A stretch of 64,000 bases of DNA from the NCBI RefSeq assembly GCF_009914755.1, contig NC_060938.1. One strand, 5' to 3'. Below are positions 28,452 to 43,394 of the stretch, piece by piece (within the stretch, counting starts at the first letter, position 1; every line of letters starts with the position of its first letter). The notes beneath the pieces were generated by a model. That model saw only the letters and a list, made by a program, of their open reading frames with translations, was not told where the DNA came from and searched no databases. The position numbers and the translations under genes are program-made. Source of the DNA: the human T2T-CHM13v2.0 reference genome, Homo sapiens.

Positions 28452-28579
28452 TCATGTTAGCTTTTTGATAGCTTCAATCCACTCGGCTCGCTCAGCCTTG
28501 CTGCTGGCCTGAATGTAATAGTGTGTGTCATCCTTAGTAATCACTTTGAAGAGGTTTCCCTGGACATTCCCTTTAACCC
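28452..28579 (-). CDS. PLEK2: Pleckstrin-2 exon 9 (last; C-terminal PH domain)
   Basis: (G)VKGNVQGNLFKVITKDDTHYYIQASSKAERAEWIEAIKKLT*; TGA 28454-28452; exons sum to 1062 nt = 353 aa + stop. Confidence 0.96.
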
Positions 28580-29346
28580 CTAGGCAGAAAAAAGGGGGAA
28601 AAAAATCAGTGATTGAATAGCCATGTCTGCTTTCATCTTGAACCAGCAGAAAGTCAACTGAGACATGGACAAAAACATACAATGATGTATTTATTAAATA
28701 AAAGGTTTACAGTTAGAGAATCCTATCAGATGAGGTCCCCTTTTCCTCCCATTCCCTGTCCCTCACCAGTGCCCTAAGGCCTTCCAATGGTTATGTCTGG
28801 ATATTCCTGGAAGCCCTCTTGCCTGCTCCCTATGCTCAAGATGGTAGCATGCCATAGATCTACCATTTCATTTACATCAAAGAATCCAGTATGTTTATGT
28901 TAAAAGCAAGCATAGAATTTGGAGTTTGATCTCAAATTGTTTAACTTATTGGAACCCCAGTTTCCACAGACACAAGATGGGAATAATATCTTCTTACTAT
29001 GGCTGGCTATTGTGAAATTAGTATTATGATACATATTAAGGTATGTTGTTAACCCTAAAGCATTGTGTAAGCCTCACCTATTATTTTTAGGCGGAAGCTT
29101 ATGGGCCATCAGCACAGAAACTGAGGGGAAAGATTATTAACATAAGGATTACTTAGTTGTATTCTTAAAACGCCAAGAACATACCCTTTGTTCAATTCTG
29201 AAATTCACTTCAAAACTCACACCACTCTGTCTCATGGAGAAAGCCCTGCTCGGCTCCCAAAGCTGTCATTTCATTAGTGGGACATTACTGAGGTGCAGGA
29301 GGGAGGCCCCTGAGATCTTCAGGCCAGGGCTGAAGTTGTACCTTAC

Positions 29347-29425
29347 CAGTGGGAACGCCATTATCTTCCAGAGCAGACACGAGTGAACCACGAAGAGAAA
29401 ACCCACCCACTGGCCTGTTCTCTTC
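29347..29425 (-). CDS. PLEK2: Pleckstrin-2 exon 8
   Basis: EENRPVGGFSLRGSLVSALEDNGVPT(G)|gtaagg; 79 nt. Confidence 0.96.
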
Positions 29426-29590
29426 CTGTAGAGGAAAGGAGACCCAATTAGGAATTTGTGAATGAACAAAAGGGAAGAGTTGCACTCCCCTTACAACTCA
29501 GGCCAGCTAAAGAAGTGAGTGCAAATCATTTGTAATAGAAGATGAAGCTGAACTTGGACATCACATGGCCAAAGCTGCATGCATCAGTAA

Positions 29591-30102
<512 letters not shown>

Positions 30103-31785
30103 TAGTAATCATTTCTGCAAAGTTGATAGATTCCTGCACATAGGACATCGTTACACAAATCTAGTATGTGCCTAGCAAGAAACTTCGTGTGATACAAAAC
30201 TGCGATTGGTGGTATCCCTGGACGATTCAGGGCAACTTTACACACCTCGTGCCTCAGGCCCTAGGAGCCCTTCAATTAATCAATAATCAACTTCATACTG
30301 CATGTTGGGCCCAGCAAGAGGTAGGGCAAAAAATAAAATGGTTAAATAAAATACTGGAAATATTTGTACTACTAAATGCCAACGGGAGGAAAGTTCAGAG
30401 AAGGAAGGGATCCGCCCCAGCCTGGAGGGTTCAAGGGCAGTCTCAGGGAGGACAGGAGAGTCCTGTCCTGGATAGGAGAGTAGGTCCCCAGGACAGGAGA
30501 GGGGCATTCAGCCTAAACAGGAGGAAGAGTGGGAGTAAAGTGCGGAACAAATTAATTGCAGAATGCTTTTGAGATGGTTCCTTATCTTGTACCTGCAGCC
30601 CAGAGATTTGGCAATTCTTTTATTTCCTTTGCACACTTGCTTTGAGTAATCTCTTCTGCACTGTTTCCATCTATGTATGTATATGAGCATTTGTGCATGT
30701 GTACATATATATGTATATATGTATATTTACATGTATATGTATTTATAGATAGGTGTGTATAGGCACGTATGTGTGTGTATATATTTTCTCAGTTTCCTAT
30801 TTTAAAAGCTGAGACAGCAGACTCATCAGGGGCACAAAGAAAGTAGGTTAGGCTAGACCATGGTGAGAGTTAAATACAAAACTAAAGTGTTTTTTTTCTT
30901 TTTTTTTTTTTTAAGTGTTTTTTCATTTGTTTATTTTTTCCTTGCTTCAAACAGGATTTGAGGTAGCCAGAAAGGAAGGAGTTTGAACTCCATCCTGTAG
31001 CCAGGCCACCATGCCCCACAGAGAGGTCAACTGGAGCTTTTTGGAGGCTCCTCCTGCCACATCCCTCCCTGGCCCTGGCCTAGCTGGGTCCAGGCAGGGG
31101 TTCCTGACTGAAGCTCAGTGAGGAAGGAACTGCCCACTCTTCACTGTTTCAACAAAAACTAATGAAAGTCATACATTGCCCAAGACAAGGCTGAACAGCT
31201 AACTAAAGGGCCCTTTTTCTTTGCTTTTGACTGGAATTAGATCCACTTAGCATGTGGTAATACCTAGTATCAGAAACATAAAAATGATTTTTTTTTAATT
31301 TGCCATCAAAGTTTTTTAAAAAGCAAATTAGTAAATTATGGCTTAAATATTATATGGTGACAGAAACTTTTCAAAACATAGGTGGGGAAAAGTGGAGGGA
31401 GGCAGAATTAATGGGATCTTTGAATGGAAAGTGTGGAGAGGCTGGGAAGTGCCAGTAGGAGTCTCTGTCAGCCTACCTCATCCTCCCTACTCACAAAGCA
31501 GGCTTTGGGGAAGACCAAAAGATGCTTTTCCTCTGAAAATGATAAAGATGCCCTCCCATGGGAAAGTGGGGGATTAGGCATGGAAGAAACGGCTCAAGAA
31601 GCAGGCACCTATGTGATGACAGGGCAGAGCAGCTTGGACTGTGGAAGGAAAGGCATGGTGCAGCAGACTTTACGGCGGGTGCCAGGGGAAGGCAGGATAT
31701 CCAGCCAGCTGCCCGCCATGCCAGGAGAGGAGTGTCTGGGGGCATCACAACATGGGACCAACATGGAGCCAGCATGCGCACTCAC

Positions 31786-31869
31786 TTTGGAAGGGTCATA
31801 GTAATGCAGGAAAGCTGGATCCTTCCTTAGAACAAAGCGACGCACCTTCCAGTTTTTCCTCTTGTGTCC
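31786..31869 (-). CDS. PLEK2: Pleckstrin-2 exon 7
   Basis: GHKRKNWKVRRFVLRKDPAFLHYYDPSK|gtgagt; 84 nt. Confidence 0.96.
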
Positions 31870-32391
31870 CTGAGGCAAAGAAATGGTTCAAAGCTCATTG
31901 GTGACAGCTGCATGTCCCTCTCTCCTGTATCTATGCATGTAATGCCAAACCCCCAACAAGCCAGCCCGCTCCAATGGGACTACATTCTAAAACCAGTCCA
32001 CAGGAAACCTGAGGATAGCAATGACATGTCACAGACCTCCCTGCCAACACCCCCACTCAGTGACACTGTAGCAAAAATGCCATCACCTTAAGTCAAGTCA
32101 GCAGAGCCAAAGAGAGTCCATGCAGAAGGAAAGGGGACACACAATACTCAGGGCATAAAGGAGGACAGGGAGGCAGCAGGTGTCAGCTGGGCTGGGAGCA
32201 CACAGGCAAACTTGAACCCAAGGGCACCAGCTAAGGGCCAAGTCAGTCCAAAAACAAACCTACAGCTACATGTATATTTGTCAGTCTACACGTGTGCCCA
32301 CATGTGCAGTAAAACCACTTTCACATTGTGCATTAGGAAAAAAGCAAGAAACGATCAATTATATGATAAAATCTAAATGTGTAAGCAGCTG

Positions 32392-32393
<2 letters not shown>

Positions 32394-32428
<35 letters not shown>
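32394..32428 (+). repeat. (TG)17 microsatellite
   Basis: Direct read. Confidence 0.95.
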
Positions 32429-32429
<1 letters not shown>

Positions 32430-32444
32430 CTTTCTTTGGCCTCA

Positions 32445-32494
32445 CTGACCAGGAGGGCTAAGGTTAGATCACAAACCTTAGCCCTCCTAGTCAG
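32445..32494. repeat. Inverted repeat (21-bp arms, 8-nt loop)
   Basis: CTGACCAGGAGGGCTAAGGTT / AACCTTAGCCCTCCTAGTCAG; 20 of 21 pairs are Watson-Crick. Confidence 0.93.
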
Positions 32495-33448
32495 GAACAC
32501 CCTCAGAGTCCCTCCCACACCCTCCTCAAGCTCCCCTAGGGGCCTCTCTTCCTCCCCTCGGGAAGGACTCCTATCAGGCCCAGCAGAAGCAGGGCCTTGG
32601 TGTAGACAGGCAGCAGTGGGGATGATAAGAATCTAAGAGCAGATGAGGATCCTGATATGCAGGAAGCAGGTGACAGCAACAGCACATGCTCCGAGTAACG
32701 ATGGGAGTGGTGCCGAGCCGTGTAGGTGCCCTCTGTGCAGACACACACATTCACATGGTATACAATATGTGCACAAACACGAAGGCTGTGCAAAATGTCT
32801 GCTACACTTCCTGGGCCAAGGACAGGTGATTTTGTTCACAGAATACCCTTTTTGTTAGGCACAGGTAGGAATGCCGCAGGACACGGCTTGCCTCTGGTTC
32901 AACATAGCTGCTCTCCCAAACACGGTTTAGGAGTAGTGGCCATGGCCAGGCTTTGAATAGGGAGCCTTACAGTGGAGAATCTGATCTTCAACCTACCGAC
33001 ATGGTGGAGAAAATTGTTTTTAGCTCAGAAAGTGTATCAAGGAGGCGTGCAGAATCTCACAAGGGAAGGCAGAGACCCCAGGACGCCCCAAGGAACAGAA
33101 GGCCAGCAAATGCAAAACCTCAAGCCAGTCAGCAAAAGCTTCCAAGACAAATATGTGAAGCTGGGCAATTGTGTAGAAGTTGTTTTTTGATGTTGTGATA
33201 ATTGTGTGTGTGTGTAGTACATTTTTCCCGAACAGCCCTTGTGTCTGGTACACATGTGTGTGTGAGTGTGGGCATATGCCTGTTCTTTGACTTGCTCCTG
33301 GAGGCTGGTGCTGGGCTCTTGCTTTCGTAGATTTTGCTGTAATTGGTGCCCTCCAGCAGCCTCAGCCCTTCCCTTCTTCTGGGCTCACTGCTCCCTCCCC
33401 TAAGCTTGAGAACTGTCCATCTCTCTTCCCTGCTCATAGCAGCCATAC

Positions 33449-33550
33449 CTGCTTGGCCAGGTAGCCTTGTTTCACCACCGTGCCACTTAACTCCACAGTG
33501 CTCAGGCTAATTTCTTCCTTGGGGCTTATCTTCTTTTTGTAGCTCTCAGC
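33449..33550 (-). CDS. PLEK2: Pleckstrin-2 exon 6
   Basis: AESYKKKISPKEEISLSTVELSGTVVKQGYLAKQ|gtatgg; 102 nt. Confidence 0.95.
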
Positions 33551-33784
33551 CTAGGGGGAAGGAGGGAGCAAGGACTCTGCTACAGAAAAGACCCAGGCCC
33601 AGGCTATGGCGGCTGTCAGAGGGGAAAGGAAATTCCTCAGGACAGGAACCTCATTCTGCATCAGGATGAAGTCGTCCCCCAAGCCCAAGGTCTCCTCCCA
33701 TGACTGTGGCCCCCAGGCCCCCATTCTGTTGTGTCTTCCTTAACTTTTGCCCTGGTGGCAAGAAGAACCCACTCCCCAACTTAC

Positions 33785-33972
33785 AAAAGTGTACAGGGCT
33801 GTGGAGTCATCCAGGAACTGCTCGGCCAGATCCCCAGAGCGAATGGCTCCCATGCTTCGGACACCCACAGGCCTGAGGAAGTTCTCCTCCATGAGCATGG
33901 AGGCCAGGGTCACCGCCTCCAGACGGCTGGCCGTGAAGCTGTTGGAGATGAGCCAGTCCACCAGGGAGGAGC
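33785..33972 (-). CDS. PLEK2: Pleckstrin-2 exon 5 (DEP domain)
   Basis: (G)SSLVDWLISNSFTASRLEAVTLASMLMEENFLRPV...DDSTALYTF|gtaagt; 188 nt. Confidence 0.96.
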
Positions 33973-34272
33973 CTGGCCAAGGGCAGCACCAGTCAGGCGA
34001 TGGGTGATGGACCAGCGTCCTTGGGGTGTGTGGCCAATGACCTCACTGACCTTGGCCCTCTGGGCAGCCTCAGGGCTCTACGCAAGAGCAGACTGAAGGC
34101 CACACCTGCTGCATAGAGCCGTGGCTGCACACCCACACATGGCCATCTCAGGCTAGCCTGTTGCCCAGCAGGCAGCTCTGACCTCAATACAGGGCGGTCA
34201 AGCACACAGCTGAGCCCTGCATCACCATGTCCCAGCTTGACTGCCCAGCCCGGCCCTGGGGGACAGGCTCAC

Positions 34273-34364
34273 CGAGGAAGGTCTTTTTATAGGTGCTTCC
34301 CTGCTCCATGTTGGGGCTTGAACGGATTCCGGTGTTGCTATCGTGCATCTTGTCCACAATGCGA
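34273..34364 (-). CDS. PLEK2: Pleckstrin-2 exon 4
   Basis: RIVDKMHDSNTGIRSSPNMEQGSTYKKTFL(G)|gtgagc; 92 nt. Confidence 0.96.
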
Positions 34365-34562
34365 CTACATGGAAGGGAAGGCAAAGGAGAGGGAACCCTC
34401 ATCACGCGGGCAGGTATAAGGGAGGGTCCTGAGTCACTGCTAAGGGTATAAAGCAAGTGGCAAATGGTGTGACACACATCACAAAGAAAAGGGGTGTAGG
34501 AAAGCAGCCTTTTGAATGGCAAGAGTGATGCCATCTTGAAGTGAAGCCGCCATGATGATTGA

Positions 34563-35075
<513 letters not shown>

Positions 35076-35807
35076 TAGGCCAGCAGGGACATCACTTCTG
35101 TTTGTAAGTCCCTATTAAATGCCTCTTTGTGAGAAACTGGAATTGTCAGCCTCTTTCTCCTGCCTCTCAGCTCCCCTTGCAGGTAGGTTTGTTTATACCT
35201 CCTCACCACAGAACAGGGTGTTCAGTTATGCCTCCAAATTTGAGAGGCAGGATTTTCAGACATTTCTTTTCTTCTCCTTATCTAAATGTTCTTATATTTC
35301 TATGCCAGACACACACTGCTTTTGTAGTAAAACCAAAGAGGTGTGACTTTTAACTTACAAACAAGAGTGTATGCTGGGCACAGTGGCTCATACCTGTCAT
35401 CCCAGTGCTTTGGGATACTGAGGTGGGAGGATCACTTGAGCCCAGGAGGTCAAGGCTGCAGTGAGCCATGATCGAGCCACTGCACTCCAGCCCGGGCAAC
35501 TGAGTGAGACCCTGTCCCCAAAAAAGAAAAACAAAAAAGCCCCAAGAGTGCACAGTAGCCCACATGGTTCTCTGTGATCCCCTGCATTAAGTCCAAACCC
35601 CCTCAGCTACTTTTCCAACTATCTTTAAACCCACCTGCCTACCCACCTTTATCTGCAGCTGATCCTCCCTGCACCCACCTAGACCCATAGGAGGTGTACA
35701 GTCAAGATTTCAGTGCCTGGTGGGGAGTTTTTGTGAGCCCAGGAATGGATTCATACATCTTTGATGGGTGTTAACAGTTCTTTTGCCTGGGAGGTTGGTG
35801 GAGATTT

Positions 35808-36212
35808 ACTGTGGTTTGAATGTTTATCCCAAAACTCATGTTGAAAATCCCCAATGTGGCAATATTGAGAGGTGATGCCTTTAAGAGGTGATTGGGTCAT
35901 GGGGGCTCTGCCCTTGTGAATGGATTAATGGGTTAAATGAATTAATGAATTATCATGGGAATGGGACTGGTGGCTTTATAAGAGGAAGAGAGATCGGAGC
36001 AAGCATGTTAGCATGCTCAGCCCCCTCACTGTGTGATGCCCTGCACTGCCTCAGGACTCTGCAGAGAACTCCCACCAGCAAGAAGGCCCTCACCAGATGC
36101 AGCCCCTCAACCTTGGACTTCCCAGCCTCTATAATGATAAGAAATAAATCCCTCCTTATGAGTTACCCAATTTCAGGTATTCTGTTATAAGTAACAGAAA
36201 ACAGACTAAGAC
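35808..36212 (+). mobile_element. MST-family MaLR solo LTR
   Basis: TGTGGTTTGAATGT...AAAACTCATGTTGAAA start and ...AACAGAAAACAGACTAAGAC end. Confidence 0.8.
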
Positions 36213-36524
36213 GAGATTTTGGGGGAGCTGTGACACAGCCCTGAGCACCCTGGCTGAAATGGAATGGGGGTCTTGTGTCATGGAGGTGTGCAGAGGTGGC
36301 AAGAGCCACGAGAGATCCCATAGGAATGGGGCAGGTAGGTAGGGCCACTCCCAAGCAGAGAAAATAATATACACAGGACAGGAACAGCTGAAGGCCCTGA
36401 AGCACCGTGGTGGCACCAGCCAGACTGTGCAGCAAGCACAGAGCCCCCCCAAGGGGCAGGGTCCCCTGCCCACCCAACACAGGCAGGAGAGGCTGCCACA
36501 GAGCCCGGCAAGTGGGGCACTCAC

Positions 36525-36706
36525 TGCAGGCTGATGTGCGGGGGCAGCTTGAAGGAGTTTCTCAGGCTGTGCAGCTGCTGGACCTTCCCCGGCTGCCCTG
36601 CATGAATAGCCCCGGTGATCTCAAAGGCCCAGGCATCCCGCTCCTCTCGAGAACAGGCCTCCAGGAAGTACTCCGTGGATGTTTGAGTCTTCAGCTTAAT
36701 GAGGAG
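36525..36706 (-). CDS. PLEK2: Pleckstrin-2 exon 3
   Basis: LLIKLKTQTSTEYFLEACSREERDAWAFEITGAI...PPHISL(H)|gtgagt; 182 nt. Confidence 0.96.
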
Positions 36707-37249
36707 CTGTGGGAAGAGAGAGCCAGTCAGGCCAGCACTCAGGCAGAGCAAGAGGACGCCGGGCAGCAAAAATGACGGGGCCCCGGGAGAATCTAGGTGA
36801 CAGTGACTGCCAAATGCCCTGAGCCCTCGGCCACATAGCAGGTAGTCTTTAAAGATTCACTTGGACACCTCCAGTGACAGGAAGCTTGCGGCCTCACACT
36901 GCAGCCTTTCCCTTGTGGACAAGGTAGTTACTGTAGGGCCTGCCTCCTGGACACACTAGTTCTGTTCTCTCTTCTAGAACCACACAGATGAAGACTCACC
37001 TCCTATGACAGCCCCTACACTGAAGAGGGAAATGCCCAGGCTTTAAAATCAGTCCCATCTGAACACAAACCCCAGCTCTGCCACTTGGCTGTGGACTCCC
37101 GGGCACATTAGGAAATGACAGGATATTAATGCCTACCTCAAATGGCCTGTTAGTCATGCTCCCTTCCGTCCTCTTTCCTGTGTCTAAGCATCAAGTCTTT
37201 CACACATTTCTCATAGGATATAGTTTCAGCTCCTTCCCATCCAGGTCGC

Positions 37250-38371
<1,122 letters not shown>

Positions 38372-38784
38372 TAATGGTAGAGTTGAAGCCACCCCTTACT
38401 TCTGGAACGCAGACCCCTCAGGGGATGAAAGCCATCATAGTGAACCCCAAGATAGCAGTAATTACTCACATTTGTGTGGTGCCTGCCTCCCAGCCCATAC
38501 AGTGCTCTAATACACCGTGACCTTCATGGTCCTCACCACAACCATGTGAGACACTCAGGGGTAATTATTTCATCCCATTTTACAGATGAGGAACGAAGGC
38601 TCAGAGAGGTTTAGCTACTTGTCCAAGCTCACATACCTGGTATGTGGCGGAGCCAGGATTTGAATCCAAGTTTTTCAATTCTAACTCTGAGCTCTTCCTC
38701 CTACCCACACCACTTTCCCAAAGAGGCCAGAGGTGGGAAGGCTGTGGAACAGAGAGGAGCTGGACAGCAGGGGCCATCACTTAC

Positions 38785-38949
38785 CGGTCGGTTTTCATAC
38801 TCCAGGCAGGGGCAGGTGATGGTGCAGCCATCCAGGAGGATCCGGCCCTTGGGAGGGGTCACTCTCCGACCCCCCTCAAGCTTGTAGTACACCAGCGTGT
38901 TCTGCCGAAGGATGAACCATCGCGCCTTCCAGTTGTGGACAATGTGGCC
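38785..38949 (-). CDS. PLEK2: Pleckstrin-2 exon 2 (N-terminal PH domain)
   Basis: GHIVHNWKARWFILRQNTLVYYKLEGG...CLEYENRP|gtaagt; 165 nt. Confidence 0.96.
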
Positions 38950-39339
38950 CTATGGACAGACAAGAAAGCCCTGAGGTGAGGCGGTCAGTGGGAGGGTATG
39001 GTGTTCAGGGAGGGGGTGTCTGGTGGCACAAGTAACCAGACTGTGCTGTGGAAATCAGTCTCCAAGGAAGACAGCAGGATTTGTGTCTGGATCTCTTCTG
39101 AGTACGTAGCAAAGACCTTTGGCACTGACCTTCTAGTTCCTATTTGGCCATTTCTCTGGTTTTAAATCTTGAAAGAAACTACAAAGTAAAAAGAAGAGAA
39201 AAATCACTTCCTGTAATCCTACTGCTAGGAGACAGCCATTGCTAACATATTGTATTTCCTTCCGGTCTTTTTTCCTTTTAGTTTTTGCCTTCTGGTTTTT
39301 TAAAAAAATTAAGATTATTTTACATATAGTTTTATTTTC

Positions 39340-39983
39340 TAGTTTTTTTTGTTTTTGTTCTTGTTTTATAGACAAGGTCTCAAAAGAGACAGGCTGGAGT
39401 ACAGTGGCATGACCTCAGCTCACTGCAGCCTCCCTTTCCTGGACTCAAGTGATCCTCCCACCTCAGAAAGGGATCCTTTCTGATCCCTCAGCAGACATTT
39501 CCCCATCCACTGATTTTTCTAGAAATAGGCTCTCCATGTTCACCTGACTATTCTGCCCATTGGCTCTACCACCCACCTGAGAGCCACCTAAACTACCCTT
39601 CTCTTTATTCCTGCCACCTGAGAACCACCTAAATGACCCTTCATTATTTCTGCCACCTGAGAACCAACTAAACTACCCTTCTCTTTATTCCTGCCACCTG
39701 AGAACCACCTAAACGACCCTTCTCTTTATTCCTGCCACCTGAGAACCACCTAAACGACCCTTCTCTTTATTCCTGCCACCTGAGAACCACCTAAACTACT
39801 TCCCGAGTGGCTGGGACTACAAGCGTGTGCCACCACACCCGGCTAATTTTTAAATTTTTTTGTAAAGACGAGGTCTCACTATACTCCCTAGGCTGGTCTT
39901 GAAGAACTTCTGGGCTTCTGTGATCCTCTCACCTTGGCCTCCCAAAGTGCTAGGATTACATGCATGAGCCACCATGCCCGGTC
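39340..39983 (-). mobile_element. Old Alu (AluJ-like) split by the inverted insertion
   Basis: Alu reads ...GATCCTCCCACCTCAG (to 39466) and resumes TCCCGAGTGGCTGGGACTAC (from ~39801). Confidence 0.9.
39474..39799 (-). repeat. Inverted local duplication: ~100 bp unique flank plus ~5.6 VNTR units
   Basis: Reverse complement of the ~40680-41001 segment; 2 mismatches over the non-repetitive part and its border. Confidence 0.95.
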
Positions 39984-40287
39984 CCTGTTTTGTTTGGCCT
40001 TGCTGAACATCTTCTCATACCATTAAATTTCTGTAAAACATATTTTTAATGACGATTATGTGGATACATAGTTTACTTGCCAACTTCTATTGTTTGTAAC
40101 TGAGGTTGTTCCATTTTTTCCACTGTTCTGTAATGAATATCCTTGCACGTAAATTTTGACCTGCATCTGCTTTTTTTCCTTTGGATATATTCCTAGAAAG
40201 AATATTACTAGTCAAAGGATGTGGGCAATATGAGGCCACTTACAGTCTCCCAGTGCTAAGGACTCTGACAGTCTTACCTAGCCAGGT

Positions 40288-40902
40288 GTGGCAGGCATAA
40301 AGAGAAGGGTAGTTTAGGTGGTTCTCAGGTGGCAGGAATAAAGAGAAGGGTAGTTTAGGTGGCTGTCAGGTGGCAGGAATAGAGAAGGGTCGTTTAGGTG
40401 GTTCTCAGGTGGCAGGAATAAAGAGAAGGGTAGTTTAGGTGGCTGTCAGGTGGCAGGAATAAAGAGAAGGGTAGTTTAGGTGGTTCTCAGGTGGCAGGAA
40501 TAAAGAGAAGGGTGGTTTAGGTGGGTCTCAGGTGGCAGGAATAAAGAGAAGGGTAGTTTAGGTGGCTGTCAGGTGGCAGGAATAAAGAGAAGGGTAGTTT
40601 AGGTGGCTGTCAGGTGGCAGGAATAGAGAAGGGTCGTTTAGGTGGTTCTCAGGTGGCAGAAATAAAGAGAAGGGTAGTTTAGGTGGCTGTCAGGTGGCAG
40701 GAATAAAGAGAAGGGTAGTTTAGGTGGTTCTCAGGTGGCAGGAATAAAGAGAAGGGTAGTTTAGGTGGTTCTCAGGTGGCAGGAATAAAGAGAAGGGTGG
40801 TTTAGGTGGGTCTCAGGTGGCAGGAATAAAGAGAAGGGTGGTTTAGGTGGGTCTCAGGTGGCAGGAATAAAGAGAAGGGTAGTTTAGGTGGCTCTCAAGT
40901 GG
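40288..40902 (+). repeat. 41-bp minisatellite (VNTR), 15 units
   Basis: Unit GTGGCAGGAATAAAGAGAAGGGTAGTTTAGGTGGTTCTCAG; GGCAG(G) recurs at 40290, 40331, 40372, 40411 ... 40860; two units are 39 bp. Confidence 0.97.
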
Positions 40903-41827
40903 GTGGTAGAGCCAATGGGCAGAATAGTCAGGTGAACATGGAGAGCCTATTTCTAGAAAGATCAGTGGATGGGGAAATGTCTGCTGAGGGATCAGAAAGG
41001 AATGAGTTTAGTACACAGTCACAAAAGCACCTTCCTGGGATATTTCCAAAGCCGAGCTTAGGGCTAGGTTCTAACCAACAGAGGTGCTTTACCTGAATCA
41101 AAGTCCGTTGCCCCAACTCACTCATTTCCTTGCCTAGTATGGATTCATATCAAAGGCCCTTTTAGTTCTCAATCTCTGGTGCTATGATTCTATTCCACAC
41201 TCAGCACGTACTAAGAGCTGTTAGAGAGCCAAAAGTTGTAGAAGGAATCGTCTGCACCAAAGTTATTTGTGCATATAACTGAGCTTTGTGAACACTGACT
41301 TGAGCCCAAACAGAATTTACTGTGACAACTAAAGAACACTTATAACACAGCTAATCTGACAAGAGTTTATTAACATGTCCCAGTGTTACTATGCTACGTG
41401 ATGATCACTCTGTTTCCATGAGAGGGTTCATGCAGTCCAGTGGAATTGCACATTTTTGCTCTCTTCACTTTGTTCCTTACTTACATCCACATGTAGTATG
41501 GGCATTGAGAGTTTTACCTGACACAAGCAGACATGTTTAAAGAAACAAAAAAGATTTGTCTTTGACTTCTCAGCTATTGGGGTTCTCTACTGCTCTGCAC
41601 ATAGCCCAGCCTCAGGTCCCCATTTCCTATGACCACCCCCCGCCCCAACTGCAGGGGTCCTGGGGCAGCACTAGCAGGACTGGTCTGGGACATCTGGGTG
41701 CTTCTGAATCCAAGGCAGTAAACTGCTGGCACCCAAGGCTGTAGCTGGAAGGGAGTGGAGAAGGCAATTAAGTTAATGGTAGGAGGGAGGTGGGAGGTGG
41801 AGTAGAGGAGAGGGCAAAAGAATCTTA

Positions 41828-43283
<1,456 letters not shown>

Positions 43284-43394
43284 TACAGAGATGTTATACT
43301 TTCCTGGACGAAATGTTACATTTCCCAGAGTTTCTTCCACTTAAGGAAGTTTCTGTCAATTCCATGCATGGGGCATTGATGTAATTTTTACTTT

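Noticed and set aside
40288-40902. Regular repeat array superficially like CRISPR
   Set aside because: Units are contiguous with no unique spacers, there are no cas genes, and the context is a eukaryotic intron.
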